Shown here: positions 38,371 to 52,387 of the stretch, piece after piece
Layout of the letters: each line of letters starts with the position of its first letter
How positions within the stretch are numbered: position 1 is the stretch's first letter
NCBI RefSeq assembly: GCF_006345805.1
Contig: NC_043003.1
Coordinates: 46,686,001-46,750,000, forward strand
DNA length: 64,000 nt
Direction of reading: 5' to 3'
Source: Octopus sinensis
Lineage: Eukaryota
Notes under the pieces: model-generated
The model's input: only the letters and a program-made list of their open reading frames with translations
Database searches by the model: none
What the model was told of the DNA's origin: nothing
Translations under genes and position numbers: made by a program

Positions 38371-39351
38371 ATCACCACCACCACCGTCATCACCGTTACT
38401 TCATTCTCCCTTTACGCTCAACAAAAAAATAAATAAATAAATAAAATTCCGTTACTCGTGCCTATAATAGAAAGGTTTATTATCAGATCTTCGAGGGTGC
38501 CAGAGATGGCAATGCACTGAGCAATAATAAATTTCGTTGATTGATGACTGAGTTCAAATCCTGCCAGTCAAATATAACACTACGTTTTATCCCACAGTTG
38601 GTCTGCCGGAAATATTTACTATTCAACAGACTACAGCTTCTCCAACACAGTACCTATGGAGGCACGTACAAATTCTATTATGCAATTCTATTGAGGCAAT
38701 GGCCCCACCAAGTTACGTGATCGGGTAGAATCGACAACAGGATTTTTCACTGGGTAACTAGGATATACACTGAGATACCTGTATGTTGTTATATGCACTG
38801 AGTTACCAGTTCAGTTATATCTACTACGTTACCTATGATTACTTTTACACTCGATTACGTCTATGGTGTATATCAATTGGTAGTCAGTTGCCTGTATGTT
38901 GTATGAGCTAAAATGTGATTATTTCTTCATAATATATATAAGGTAAATACAGGTGAATAACAATAACATTGATGGCGCCATGCATTGATAGGAAGTAAAT
39001 TTACATAAGGTGAAATCTAGTGAAATAACACTCGCCAAACAAGGCGGTTTCGATGTGGTCCCTGAAATGCTTGAAATAGTAGCCAGATATGCCTCAACTC
39101 ACACTATATCGTATTTAAATAATGGGGAAAGATGCATGAAATATTGAGTCTGAGGTAAACTAAATCTGTAAAGGATGAGATAGTCACGGCTAGAATACAT
39201 TTGATTATATGTAGGTCCGTTCAATCAAGGATGACCAAAAGCAAAACAACAAAAGCTAGTAAATGGTGCCAAAAAAACTTGGGAGCGTGTGTGCGGACCT
39301 TTATTATTGCTAAAAATAGCAGTCAAATTTCTTTTAAGTGATATAATTGAC

Positions 39352-39791
39352 GGATCTTTTCGGTTTGAACGGCAGTTTTTAACATAATTTCTAGGTAACT
39401 AAAAATTTTAAACTTCATATACTGGTAGAATGTGTTTATAAAACATCCTTTTCTCTCGGCTTTATTGAGAAAATTCTATAGTTTGTAAGATATTTGTTGT
39501 TTTTTTCTTCAATTTCTGCAATTTCAACCAATCAGTGACGTCTATTGAGTTAAAAATCATTCTGTGCCGTATGAATACGTCCCTCGTTTAAGAAACAAAT
39601 TGGGTTTATTTACATTTGTGAAGAAAAAAAGATACCCTTCCCCCACTCCTAGCCCTAACCCTAACTAACCCTAACTAAATCTAACCCTAAAACAGATTGA
39701 AATGCAATAGATCGATACTAGGGTCATAACTATGGGTGACAATTTCATATGACACCGCTAGAAAAAACTGCCGTTCAAACCGGAAAGATCC
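39352..39791. mobile_element. Non-autonomous DNA transposon (440 bp), 29-bp TIR starting GG, 8-bp TSD (Merlin-like by inference)
   Basis: TIR GGATCTTT(T/C)CGGTTTGAACGGCAGTTTTT; TSD TAATTGAC at 39344-39351 and 39792-39799. Confidence 0.88.
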
Positions 39792-40180
39792 TAATTGACT
39801 TTTATAAAAGTCAGGGAGGACACAATTTACATTATAGTCCGAGACGTACAAAAATGTCATGACGGTCATGGATGGAATACTTTTTATCAAATATCTGTTG
39901 TCTAGAAATGAACAGCAGCAAGTAGGGAATAAGACAATTTACTTAATACAATATGTTCTCGCATAAATTTTAGACGGAGACCATACAATTCGAAATAATA
40001 AACAATATTTAAGTAAACATGAAATGAACATAGCAGTAGTTAGTTTAGTCAGTAAAGGTCCGAAGTTCAAAATCAACCGAAGTCGACTTCACCAATCAAT
40101 TTTGCCACTATCGATAAAATAACAGTCCCGTGTTGGGATTTATCAGTCACTCCTCTACACACCTGTTTTTGAAAGATATA

Positions 40181-40388
40181 CAGGGTTGGCCAAAATCATG
40201 TAATTCCAAGATTTATTTATGTTTAACAACTGAATGAATTTAATAAAAGTATCTAATTATAAAACATCATGAAAATAGTTTAAACTGAAGTCCTTGAGCG
40301 ACACATTTTCCCATTCGAGTCAGGACAGAATTACAAATAGTATTTATGGAATTTTGATTTACTGTTGGATGACTTTTAGCCAACCTTG
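40181..40388. mobile_element. Tc1/mariner-like MITE (208 bp)
   Basis: TA TSD; TIR CAGGGTTGGCCAAAA versus CAAGGTTGGCTAAAA. Confidence 0.78.
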
Positions 40389-40994
40389 TATAATAATTTG
40401 CGAACAATTATTAATTTGTATTATTTTTAATATGGTCCTATCACCTTTTAACCGAAAATAACTGTGCATTCTATTGGTGTATGCACACACGAAGCACATA
40501 TACATTCACATGCACACATATACGTTTATATACTCTGACAAATAGCTATTCACACACACACGCATGTATGTATGTATGTATGTATGTATGTATGTATGTA
40601 TGTATGTATGTATGTATGTATGTATGTATGTATGTATGTATGTACACACACACACACATATAATACATAAATTTGATAACTTTGTTAGGTTTCGGCCAGT
40701 ATAGACTCAGGCCATGTCTAACTTAATAGCACCACCCGGTGAAGTCTTTTAGTCGTATATGGGATACCATGGCCCACTCTAGTAAAGAGTTATTATTGTT
40801 GGAGACACATCCGAGTGTCGGAGGTTGGTCCGGGATTTTTTGAAGAAATTTGTCCATTGAACTTTTGAATTTTATGGGATATGTTTCCGTTTTGACGTAT
40901 TTTGATATGATAAATACATAGCAAATATATAGATTCTTTCAGTCAATTGACTGCAACCACGCTGGGGCGTTGCCTTATGCAATCACTAATAACG

Positions 40995-41049
40995 TATGTA
41001 TGTATGTATTTGCTTGTTCATGTTTGGATTGACTATGTATGTATGTATG

Positions 41050-41080
<31 letters not shown>

Positions 41081-41147
41081 GTATGTATGTATGTATGTAT
41101 GTATATATATGTATGTATGTATGTGTGTGTATATGTATGCATGTATG

Positions 41148-41181
<34 letters not shown>

Positions 41182-41316
41182 TGTGAGTATGTATGTATGT
41201 ATGTATGTATGTATGTATGTATGTATGTATGTATGTATGTGTGTGTATGTAAGTATGTATGTATGTATGTATGTATGTATGCATGTGTATAAGTATGTTG
41301 TATGTATGCATGTATG

Positions 41317-41378
<62 letters not shown>

Positions 41379-41425
41379 TGTATGTATGTATGTATGTATG
41401 TATGTATGTATGTATGTATGTATAC
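40995..41425. repeat. Long (TATG)n field
   Basis: Direct reading. Confidence 0.97.
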
Positions 41426-41639
41426 GCGAGTGGCACCCGTGCATTCGGTTGGAGTGATATGTATTTAATAACAGTTTGATTCAGCTTCATAACGTAAAGT
41501 TCGGAGGCAGATTCCGAACACCTGATGGAATGGACTTGTCCATCATGTCCACGGATGTTTCAGTCATGTGAAATCTAGTCAATCTGTTATTAAACACTCA
41601 CACACACATTTCGTGACTTTCATTAGCAATTAATGAATT

Positions 41640-42040
41640 AGGAGTGGCCGTGTGGTAAGTAGCTTGCTTACCAACCACATGGTTCCGGGTTCAGTCCCAC
41701 TGCGTGGCACCTTGGGCAAGTGTCCTCTACTATAGCCTCGGGCCAACCAAAGCCTTATGAGGGGATTTGGTAGACGGAAACTGAAAGAAGCCCGTCGTAT
41801 ATATGTATATGTATATATATATCTGTGTGTGTGTGTGTTTGTCCCCCCCCCAACATCACTTGACAACCGATGGTGGTGTGTTTACATCCCCGTAACCTAG
41901 CGGTTCGGCAAAGGGACCGATAGAATAAGTACTAGGCTTACATAGAATAAGTCCTGGGGTCGATGTGATCGACTAAAGGCGGTGCTCCAGCATGGCCACA
42001 GTCAAATGACTGAAACAAGTAAAGAGAGCAAAGAGAGTAT
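41640..42040 (+). mobile_element. SINE family A
   Basis: Full homology. Confidence 0.85.
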
Positions 42041-42335
42041 AAACTGTTTAAGAATAGATCACTCTCTGACGAATTTTTTGCCAGAAACATTGTACTTTCC
42101 TTCATTCTCACCTTCACCAGTTTATTCCACATTTTTAACTGTTTATAAATATAAATACTCTTAGTATAAATTCCTAAAATGCTTATAGTTTATATAGGTT
42201 AGAAATATTTTATCTGCCATATAATCATATACTCATAGGTAAGTCACAACAATAGATACTTTGGTTACACAATATACACAGGGGCGATTTAGATACAAGC
42301 GATAACAATTAATAGTTCGATTACAGAATATATGT

Positions 42336-42636
42336 GAAGGTGCATGGCTCAGTGGTTAGAGCGTCGAGCTTACGATCGGTTGTGAGTTCGAATCCCGGAC
42401 CGGGCTGCGTGTTGTGTTCTTGAGCAAGACACTTCATTTCACGTTGCTCCAGTTCACTCAGCTGTACAAATGAGTTGCAACGTCACATGTGCCAAGCTGT
42501 ATCTGATGTTGCCCTTCCCCTTGGATAACGTTGGTGGCGTGGAGAGGGGAGGCCGGTATGCATGGGCGACTGCTGGTCTTCCATAAAACAACCTTGCCCG
42601 GACTTGTGCCTGGGAGGGTAACTTTCTAGGTGCAAT
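42336..42636 (+). mobile_element. SINE family D
   Basis: Homology. Confidence 0.82.
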
Positions 42637-42717
42637 GTGGTATGTGGAAACGCGCGTAGCGATGCATTAAATGTTTATAAATTCCATCCAAGGATTATTG
42701 TCACACACACGCGCGCG

Positions 42718-42748
<31 letters not shown>

Positions 42749-43017
42749 GCACACACACATACAAACGTACACACACATATATAATACACACAGGCACATA
42801 TACACAATATACATATACACAGATAGATTAGACAGACAGACAGATAGATAGATAGATAGTTAGATAGATAGATAGACAGACAGATAGATACATACATACA
42901 TACATACATATATACATAGAGAGAGACAGGCAGACAGGCAGACAGACAGAACGACAAATATGTATGTATATGTATAGGACATAACAATAGTTTGGTTATA
43001 TACAAATATATATATAT

Positions 43018-43071
<54 letters not shown>

Positions 43072-43423
43072 GTACATATATATATATATATATAATGCAC
43101 GATGAGTGTGTAATAATATAATGCTCATCATTTCCTATTATACACAAACATTCTATACGTGTATCCTATAACAAAATTAATTATAGTTATGTCGTTTAAT
43201 TACCATAACTCTGGCCTATCTATGTGTATATTATTTAACTAAATTATCTGTGCATATTATATAACCAAATTATCTATCGCTATAGCCTATTTATGTGCGT
43301 ACTGTGTAATCAAACAGTTACATAAATATGACCTGTGACTAAAGTGTTTATGTGTATGTTCCAAGGCCCAATTATATATCATGATGGTCCGTCTTTGAGT
43401 ATATTCTTTAAACAAATTTTATA

Positions 43424-43760
43424 GGCGCAGGAGTGGCTGTGTGGTAAGTAGCTTGAAATAAAGTAGCTTGCTAACCAACCACATGGTTCTGGGTTCAGTC
43501 CCACTGCGTGGCACCTGGGGCAAGTGTCTTCTGCTATAGCCCCGGTGTGTCTGTGTTTGTCCCCCTAGCATTGCTTGACAACCGATGCTGGTGTGTTTAC
43601 GTCCCCGTCACTTAGCGGTTCGGCAAAAAGAGACCGATAGAATAAGTACTGGGCTTACAAAGAATAAGTCCCGGGGTCGATTTGCTCGACTAAAGGCGGT
43701 ACTCCAGCATGGCCGCAGTCAAATGACTGAAACAAGTAAAAGAGTAAAAGAGTAAAGAGT
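43424..43760 (+). mobile_element. SINE family A with internal deletion of the microsatellite region
   Basis: Core joined directly to the body at about 43545; tail (AAAAGAGT)x3. Confidence 0.85.
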
Positions 43761-43837
43761 TATGGTCTATAACCAAATTATCTATAAATACGTCCAGCAA
43801 GCAAACTACCTAGTAGTATGTCCTAAAACTACCTAAA

Positions 43838-44155
43838 GTACATGGCTCAGTGGTTAGAGCGTCGGGATCACAATCTTGAAGTAGTAAGTTCGATTTCCGA
43901 CCAGGCTGTGTTATATTCTTGAGCAAGACACTTTATTTCACATTGCTCCAGTTAACTCATCTATAGAAATTAGTTGCGACGTCACTGGTCCCAAGCTGTA
44001 TCGGCCTTTGATTTTCCTTTGGACAACATCAGTGGCGTGGATAGGGGAGGCTAGTCTTCCGTAAACAACTTTGCCCAGGCTTGTGCCTCGGAGGGTAACA
44101 TTCTAGGGGCAATCCCATGATTATTCATGACCGAAGTGGGGGTCAATCTTTTTAA
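43838..44155 (+). mobile_element. SINE family D
   Basis: Homology. Confidence 0.8.
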
Positions 44156-44404
44156 CTACCTAAATCTATATTCTACAACCAAATTACCAACATCTATATA
44201 CAGTGGCTAAATAACCTATACATTTATTCTCTAACTTCCAGAATCCAATTTACTATATAATATAATTATCTATTTCTGTAGCCTATTGTTAAATTATCTT
44301 ACAACTAAATCCAAGGATTTATTCTATAACCAAATGATCAGTGGACATTTTCTAAAGTTATGTTTATCGCATGAAGAAACATAATTTTTTTTTTTTAAAT
44401 ATGG

Positions 44405-44850
44405 ACGTAGGCATAGCTGTGCGGTCAGAAGATTGTTTCCCAACTACATGGTTCCGGGTTCTGTCCCCATGTGGGACACCTTTGGCTAGTGTCTTCTATT
44501 ATAGCTCCAGTTCAACCAAATCATTGTGAATGGAAGACAGAAACTGAAAGAAGCCTATCGATGTAATACACACACACACACACACACACACACATGCATA
44601 TATGTATGTGTGTATGTATGTATGTATGAATATGTATGTGTGTGTGTATGTAAATATATATATACATACACGTGTGTGTGTGTGTTGTTCATGCTTGTTT
44701 TTGTCCGACACCAACCGGTATCAGTGTGTTTATCATAGCGTTTCGGCAAAAAGAGACCGATAGAATAAGTACTGGAGTCGATTTGTTCGACTAGAACCCT
44801 TCAAGGCGGTGCACCAACATGGCTGCTGTCCAATAGCTGAAGCAAATAAA
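44405..44850 (+). mobile_element. SINE family A, diverged
   Basis: Homology. Confidence 0.7.
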
Positions 44851-45671
44851 AGATGAAAGATAAACACAGGACCGAAGGGAAATTCCTTTCTTTACGAGGG
44901 AAGGGCTCTTAAACCATAAGGCTTCGTATTTGTCAGTATGGGATCTCTTAGCTGACTGGAATTGCATATTATTTTACAAATTTCACAGTATTTCACATCG
45001 ACAAAACAAGTCATTTCAGGAATAGCAAACATGTTGTTTTATCAACTCTCCCCTTTATTTGACTACTTTATCCGGTCTAGTTTCATTACATTTTATTGAC
45101 CTGTTGATCTCCATGGCACCATTTATATTTGTTCTTGTATGTATCATCCAGAAACCATTCATTCTCTTTATAAGGGTAATGGGTAAAACTATACAGAAAC
45201 CACAGTATTTTTTCTATGATGGTCTATGTTTTTTCTGATGACTATTTCAAGATCTATGAGACCGATGAGAACAAGTTATCCTCAGATGACAAATGACCTG
45301 CCATAAATACTTATAAAAACATTGGCTCCGCTAAAGTACCTTAGGACCAGGTGGAAAGAAAAATTATATTAATATTATATCATTTCATATTATATTATTT
45401 TATATTATATCATACCATATATGATATTATACTATATTATATTATAGCATATTGTAGAGGTGCATGACTTAGTGGTTAAGGTGTTGGGCTCATGCTCGTA
45501 AGATAGTGGTTTCGATTCCTCAGCTGGTAAAAATGTGTAATCCTACGACAGCGGCGTCCAGGAAAGAATATATACACGCCAGAGTAACCGCCCGTACGCT
45601 CCTTACGGAGTGATGTGGACTTATTATACTATATTATATTATATTATATTATATTAAATTATACTATAAAA

Positions 45672-46120
45672 AGGCGAGCAGGCAGAATCGTTAGTACGCC
45701 GGGCGAAATGCTTAACGTAACGGCAGACGGAAAACCTATTTCTTTATTACCCACAAGGGTAATAAAGAAATAGGTTTTCGGTCTGCCGCTACGTTCTGAG
45801 TTCAAATTCTGCCGAGGTCGACTTTGCCTTTCATCCTTTCGGGGTCGATAAACTAAGTACCAGTTACGCACTGGGGTCGATGTAATCAACTTAATCCGTT
45901 TGTCTGTCGTTGTTTGTCCTCTTTGTGTGTAGCCCCTTGTGGATAGTAAAGAAATAGGTATTTCGTCTGCTGCTACGTTCTGAGTTCAAATTCCACCAAG
46001 TTCAACTTTACCTTTAATCCTTTTGGGGTCGATAATTTAAGTACAAGTTAAATACTGGGGTCGATGTAATCGACTACCCGCTCCCCACAAATTCTAGGCT
46101 TTTTGCCTATTGCAGAAAAG
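45672..46120 (+). mobile_element. SINE family B dimer with an internal inverted segment
   Basis: Head, then a 39-bp-arm hairpin at 45714-45795, then two bodies. Confidence 0.85.
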
Positions 46121-46459
46121 ATTACGTTATATGTGGTGCAGGTTGATTGAATGGTTAAGAAGAAGATGGTAACTACGCTATCTCAGATTCATTCTTAATT
46201 CGTTGTATCTTGGGCAAGTGTCTATTGGTGTAGCCACAGACATGTCGATACTTTGAGAGCGGATGGGGGTGATACTATGTAGAAGCTCGGCGGATCGACG
46301 GTAGTTGTAATACAAAAGAACAAAAGATATAGCTTTGCCATACCCTGTGTGATGCTAATTCTTCTCGAGAATTATGTGAAGAATACACGTATCTTATTGG
46401 AAGCTCATCCACTTTCACGTTAATTCACTAAGCAGATTATTCAGTTGAACGAATAACTA

Positions 46460-46971
46460 CCGTAAATCCTCGAGTATAATCCGCATTTTTTCCCCAAAAT
46501 TTAAAGGTCAAGATCCCTAGTGCGTACTATATACGAGGTTAAAAGTGAAAATTATTTTCTAAGCAATGTCCGAGTCTATTTCCTGTCTGGCTATGTTTAT
46601 TCAGATGCATTTTGTGATGTCGGGTGCGAAAATACCTTAAGCTAAGCCTGTAGGCAATGAAGTCATAAAAGGATCATCCATAACTTGCAGTAAGCAACAT
46701 TTATTAAACGTTATTACAGTTATTTCTTTATTTACTGCAAACAAAATACACAAAAAAGGTACACGTTTGCATTATGTTGTATATACAATAACAATAAAGG
46801 ACGTTACCGTATACATTTTTACAAACCAAGGACGTTATATAGACCTCCTTAACTCAAGTTGAAGAAGGGGTGCGTATTATACACTAGGTTTAGGATTTTC
46901 AGAGGTACAGCACCCTAAAAAATCCCCTGCGTATTATACTCAAGGGCGGGCTATACTCGAGGATTTACGGT
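46460..46971. mobile_element. Tc2/pogo-like MITE (512 bp)
   Basis: Perfect 19-bp TIR CCGTAAATCCTCGAGTATA; TA TSD; subterminal GCGTA(T/C)TATA repeats. Confidence 0.9.
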
Positions 46972-47051
46972 AAATCCTCATTTTCGAAACTCACAAGGAT
47001 CATCATCCAAACATATATCATATCATATCATATATATATATCATATATTAA

Positions 47052-47165
47052 TCAGCCGAAATTGCGAGGATGATCCGGTTCTTGACTGAAGATTAGAGGC
47101 TTCGAATGACCCGTCCGTTTTTTGTATCGTCTATTTGAATGTTTTGCGTTCTTGTCCCATTTTGT
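47052..47165 (+). repeat. Unclassified interspersed repeat abutting a TA-rich tract; second copy at 63896-64000
   Basis: CAGCCGAAATTGCGA(G/A)GATGATCCGGTTCTTGACTGAAGATT shared. Confidence 0.8.
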
Positions 47166-47193
47166 ATTTTTATATATATTTTTATACACACAA

Positions 47194-47231
<38 letters not shown>

Positions 47232-47724
47232 GGGGGGGGCGTGCGTGTATGCATAGGATAACCTGTCCTGTAGTCGCCATCAAAACTAACGCAAACTTAC
47301 AAAAAGATGAAGGCCTGATTGAAAGCAGTAAATACAGTAAAAGCAAGAATAAAAATGGAGCCAGCCAGCCAGTCAGTCAGTCATACAGACGGCAGGCACT
47401 CAGACACACAGGCAGAAAACAAATCTATGAAAAAAAAATATAGTCTCTATGCGACATTCGTAATTGCATTCCGTGAGGTATTTCAGATGTTTGGACAGGT
47501 GCGTGTGTAGTGAGACTGGTTTCGATAGACAAAAAGAAGGAATTCCTTCTGGAATCTTCTCTTTTTTCCTTCTGCTTTATTTTTCACCTGTCTTTGCTTT
47601 TCTTTTTGTTTTTTTCGTTGCTGTTGTTGTTTTTGCTTGTTCTTTTGCTGTTGTTTTTGTTTATTTTCTTTATTCTTTGTTAAATACATATTGTTGCTGA
47701 ACACGTAGTTCGAATATGATCGCC

Positions 47725-47909
47725 GATACATACATACATACATGCATACATACATACATACATACATATATATGTATGTATAGATATGTGCGTGTGTGTG
47801 TATATATACATATACAGACATCATATAATTATATATATCATATATACATATATATATATATATATATTTATATATTTATATACAGGCATCATATAAATAT
47901 ATACAGCAT

Positions 47910-47942
<33 letters not shown>

Positions 47943-48115
47943 GCGCGCAAGCACGCAAGAACATAGAGTCGCATGCATATACACAAATACACGCCAGCAG
48001 ATATACATCAGCGATTATACACCACATAGCTATATACAAACACTGGCATCATAATGTATGCATAAATCTGCAAAACATGCACAAAAAAAATAGAAACACA
48101 TATATCCTGCATACA

Positions 48116-48153
<38 letters not shown>

Positions 48154-48403
48154 AATATCTATATAATGGTAATGGATACAAATATACACACACATACACA
48201 TACACATACACATACACAGATATGCCGACATGTTCACACAGATCCGCTAAAAAACACGCACATCGACAAGAGCCATAGATCTCAAAATACACAACTATAC
48301 ATTATATGAGTGTGCCTGTGTGTGCCTGAGTATGCCTCTGTGTGTGTGCGTGTGTGTACATATACATATATATATATATATATATACACACACAAACACA
48401 CAC

Positions 48404-48480
<77 letters not shown>

Positions 48481-48500
48481 GCACAAGCATACATATATAC
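47725..48500. repeat. Compound (TA)n/(CA)n/(TACA)n field
   Basis: Direct reading. Confidence 0.93.
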
Positions 48501-51019
48501 AGACACATATATACACGGTGTTTGTCCTACTTTGAAAGGTACACACAGACTGATGTGTGCAGAATACCTAAGATTACTCACAGATTTAAATATTTTCTCC
48601 CAATGCAAATATCGTCTCCCGACAGAGGTTTTGTTTTAAACCTTCCCTGAAACTTTAACCTGGCGTAAGTATCTACCAACTAGTTCCTCGGCCTAAGATT
48701 GACACCATTTCATGGATCTCTTAATCTGGCGCTAAAATCAAATATAATTTAGTATCTCTTTGAGAGACCCGAGTTGTTATTATTTTGTTTTTATTTTGGA
48801 GGGGTTTTTTTCTTGATTTTTATTAGAACAAGGTCAACCCTGATCGAGCAGACCGATTATCAAAGACGTTAAATCTGCAACCATCCTATCTTTTATCAAG
48901 ATAAAAGTATGTACGTAGACACAGCTAGATAGTTGAAAGGTTCGCTTCGCAATCTAAGACATTATATTCAATCCAGGTGCTTGATATCTTGGAGAAACCT
49001 TATCCTGAGGTCAACCTAGTGAATGAAACTGAATGAATCAAAACTGTGTGAAAGCCTGTAGAACAAATTGTACATCTAATTCATAACTCCACACTGATCC
49101 TTCATGACGGTTTACATTAAGGGTGCATGTGGTTGCACAACATTCACCTCTTTTGCACCATGATTAAATAAATTGATCAATTTATCAGACAACTGGAACG
49201 CACACCGTCGAAGCCGACGGAAACCCATTTACCTTACATTATTGAATGTCTCCCTTCTTTTTGTAAAGTAGTGCAGTGTTGTTTGAGAGAGATTTAGCTG
49301 ATATTTCTAACATGTTGAGTGGCCTGGTACAAACTCCCATACTAGCTCAGGTCTCTACCAGTAAAGTTCTGATATTTTTGCTGGCCTCCAAATAGGATAT
49401 CATGAGATTATTAAAAAGCACAAGATATGTACCTGTTATTTGCGGCTTAAACTGGTAATTTGCAATATTTCAGGAGTAAATTTTGCTATTAACCCGAGGT
49501 TAAGATTGATGGTTATCATTAACAAATAGGAGGCATAAAACGTTTGCTATGACAAAGAACTCTTCATCCAAAACGTCAATTTTTTTCTGTTCCTCACGGC
49601 AAGTTGACTGATTCCACATTGTTAACTTATACGGATACTGATTTACCGACGAAGTTCAAAGCGCGACCCGAGATAAGTTCATAAATTTTCTCGTACATAT
49701 AGATAGTTTGATATGATAGTACAAAGCAACATGCGATGACAATTCAATGATAGTTCAGGAAGATAATGAGAAAATATCGAACAGATTTAGCAGTTCCAAA
49801 GATCAGATTATTAATAATTGATAATGAATTTATTGAATAAGAATAACAGTCCTACTCTTAACTCTGTCGATTACAGTAATATTCTCGTGAAGCAATAGTG
49901 AACTATGGTAATTATTTTAATTCCAACAAAAGTACACATATTTAACAAAAGCAGTACACATATTTATTTCAGGATTACGACTTCGTTCATGTTTATCCTA
50001 TTGACTCCAAGAAAACCGTGCGACACTATCGTAAGATAGACTGTAAAGTTTGTTTAAATATAGTTTTACATAACAGAACACTGAAACAATCAAACACACA
50101 CATTTTCTCTATAATTAACTGTTAACATTATGTAATAGTATCACTCGTGCTGTGACGAAAAAACAACGTTAACTAAAATATATTCATATTTTCCTAACTT
50201 CCTAAACTAAGGGAGTCAACTCCAGACATGCTTCGATAACATTAGATCTCCTCAGCGAAACACAGATTTCACTGTACTAGACATAGTTATACCGAGAGAT
50301 TCCTTGAGCAGATGTGCAATATTGTATGTCAATAGCTATGAAAAATTAACATATTTAAAACAATAATAATAAGCTACTGAGGTTTATCACTATCAATACT
50401 ACTGATCAGTTACCTTATAAAAATAATTAATTAGGTTAATTATTCTACAGAATCATGATCAAAGCAGAGCTCTATAAATAATAGACACGTTTTACAGTGG
50501 TTGAATATTAAATCATATAGGATAGGTTTTTATCTTCAATGATCGTATAAAGTTTAGCGCGCGGACACATACACACACACATACATATACGATCATCACA
50601 CACACTCACACGCACATGCACACATACACACGAACACACGCACACACAAACATGCACGCGCGCGCACGCACACAAGCAAATAAACACATATACAGGTATG
50701 AGCAAAGAGGTAGTTACATCGTGGTTTCTCAATTGGGTAGAAACAGCAGTTAAATCGCTCTGAAATCACACAAGCACTATCTTTAAAATAGGAAGAGTAC
50801 GGTAGATAATGCATTCCTAGACGCACACATACACACACACACATAAAAACACATGCAAACACTCCACTTTCATCATTGATCTGTTCCATCAGGGTTGGCC
50901 TGGGGCTAAAGACTATGGCCACCAGGGAACAGTGGATTAATTAGGGAAACATTACGTGGTCGCTAGACTTGCTAGAAGCAGCAGACACATTACACTCAAT
51001 TTATACCTTAACATCTTGA

Positions 51020-51156
51020 AATGAAACGGTAAGTAGCTTGCTTACGAACCACATCGTTCCGGGTTCTGTCCCACTGCGTGGCATCTTGGGCCAAGGCCTT
51101 GTGAGTGGGTTTGGTAGACAGAAACTGAAAGAAGCCCGTCGTATATATATATATAT

Positions 51157-51199
<43 letters not shown>

Positions 51200-51415
51200 A
51201 TGTTTGTGTGTTTGTGCTTGTTCCCCCAACATCGCTTGACAACCGATGCTGATGTGTTTACGTCCCCGTAACTTAGCGGTTCGGCAAAGGAGACCGATAG
51301 AATAAGTACTAGGCTTACAAAGAATAAGTCTTGGGGTCGATTTGCTCGACTAAAGGCGGTGCTCCAGCATGGCCACAGTCAAATGACTGAAACAAGTAAA
51401 AAAAGTAAAAGAGTA
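51020..51415 (+). mobile_element. SINE family A (tail-to-tail with 51553-51912)
   Basis: Homology. Confidence 0.85.
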
Positions 51416-51552
51416 CACTAAATAATATAAGCCGAGAACACTATGCCTTAAGACGAAAAGGTCACAGCCGGACTATCTTTAATCATAGACTAGGTCAATC
51501 ATTATTGACTTGAGGATAAAGTCAATAAGACTTGAGGCTAAAGACTTGAGGA

Positions 51553-51713
51553 CTGTGGCCATGCTGGAGTACCACCTTTAGTCGAACAAATCGATCCCAG
51601 GACTTATTCTTTGGAAGCCTAATACTTATTCTATCGGTCTCTGTTGGCGAACCGCTAAGTTACAGGGACGTAAACATACCAACATCGGTTGTCAAGCGAT
51701 GGTGGTGGAACAA

Positions 51714-51770
<57 letters not shown>

Positions 51771-51912
51771 ATGGGCTTCTTTCGGTTTCCGTCTACCAAA
51801 TCCACTCACAAGGCTTTGGTCGTCCCGAGGCTATAGTAAAATGTGCCACGCAATGGGACTGAACCCAGAACCATGTGGTTGGGAAGCAAGCTTCTTACCA
51901 CACAGCCACTCC
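51553..51912 (-). mobile_element. SINE family A
   Basis: Homology. Confidence 0.85.
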
Positions 51913-52039
51913 TGGAGGAATGTAGAAGTATGGTTTAGTATTTATAGTGAACATAATGGCTTCAGTTATCTGTCTACACACGCACATACACACACACACA
52001 CTCACACACTCATACACACACACTCACACAATCGTTATA

Positions 52040-52291
52040 TCTTTTTATCTCTTGTTTGATTCAGTCATTGGAGTATGTCTATCCTGGGGCACACCTTCAT
52101 GGGTGTAGTCGAACAGATCGATCCCAGTACTTATTTGGTACTTATTCTATCGGTTGCTTATCTCGAACCGTTAAGTTACAGGGTTGTAAGCAAACCAAAG
52201 CCGATTGTCAAACGCCAGCGTGTGGAGACATACGCAAACACAATGACAGACACATATACATACGTACAGACAGACAGACAGACAGACAGAC

Positions 52292-52387
<96 letters not shown>

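Noticed and set aside
39653-39690. True telomere
   Set aside because: A short imperfect tract inside a TIR element, far from the sequence end.
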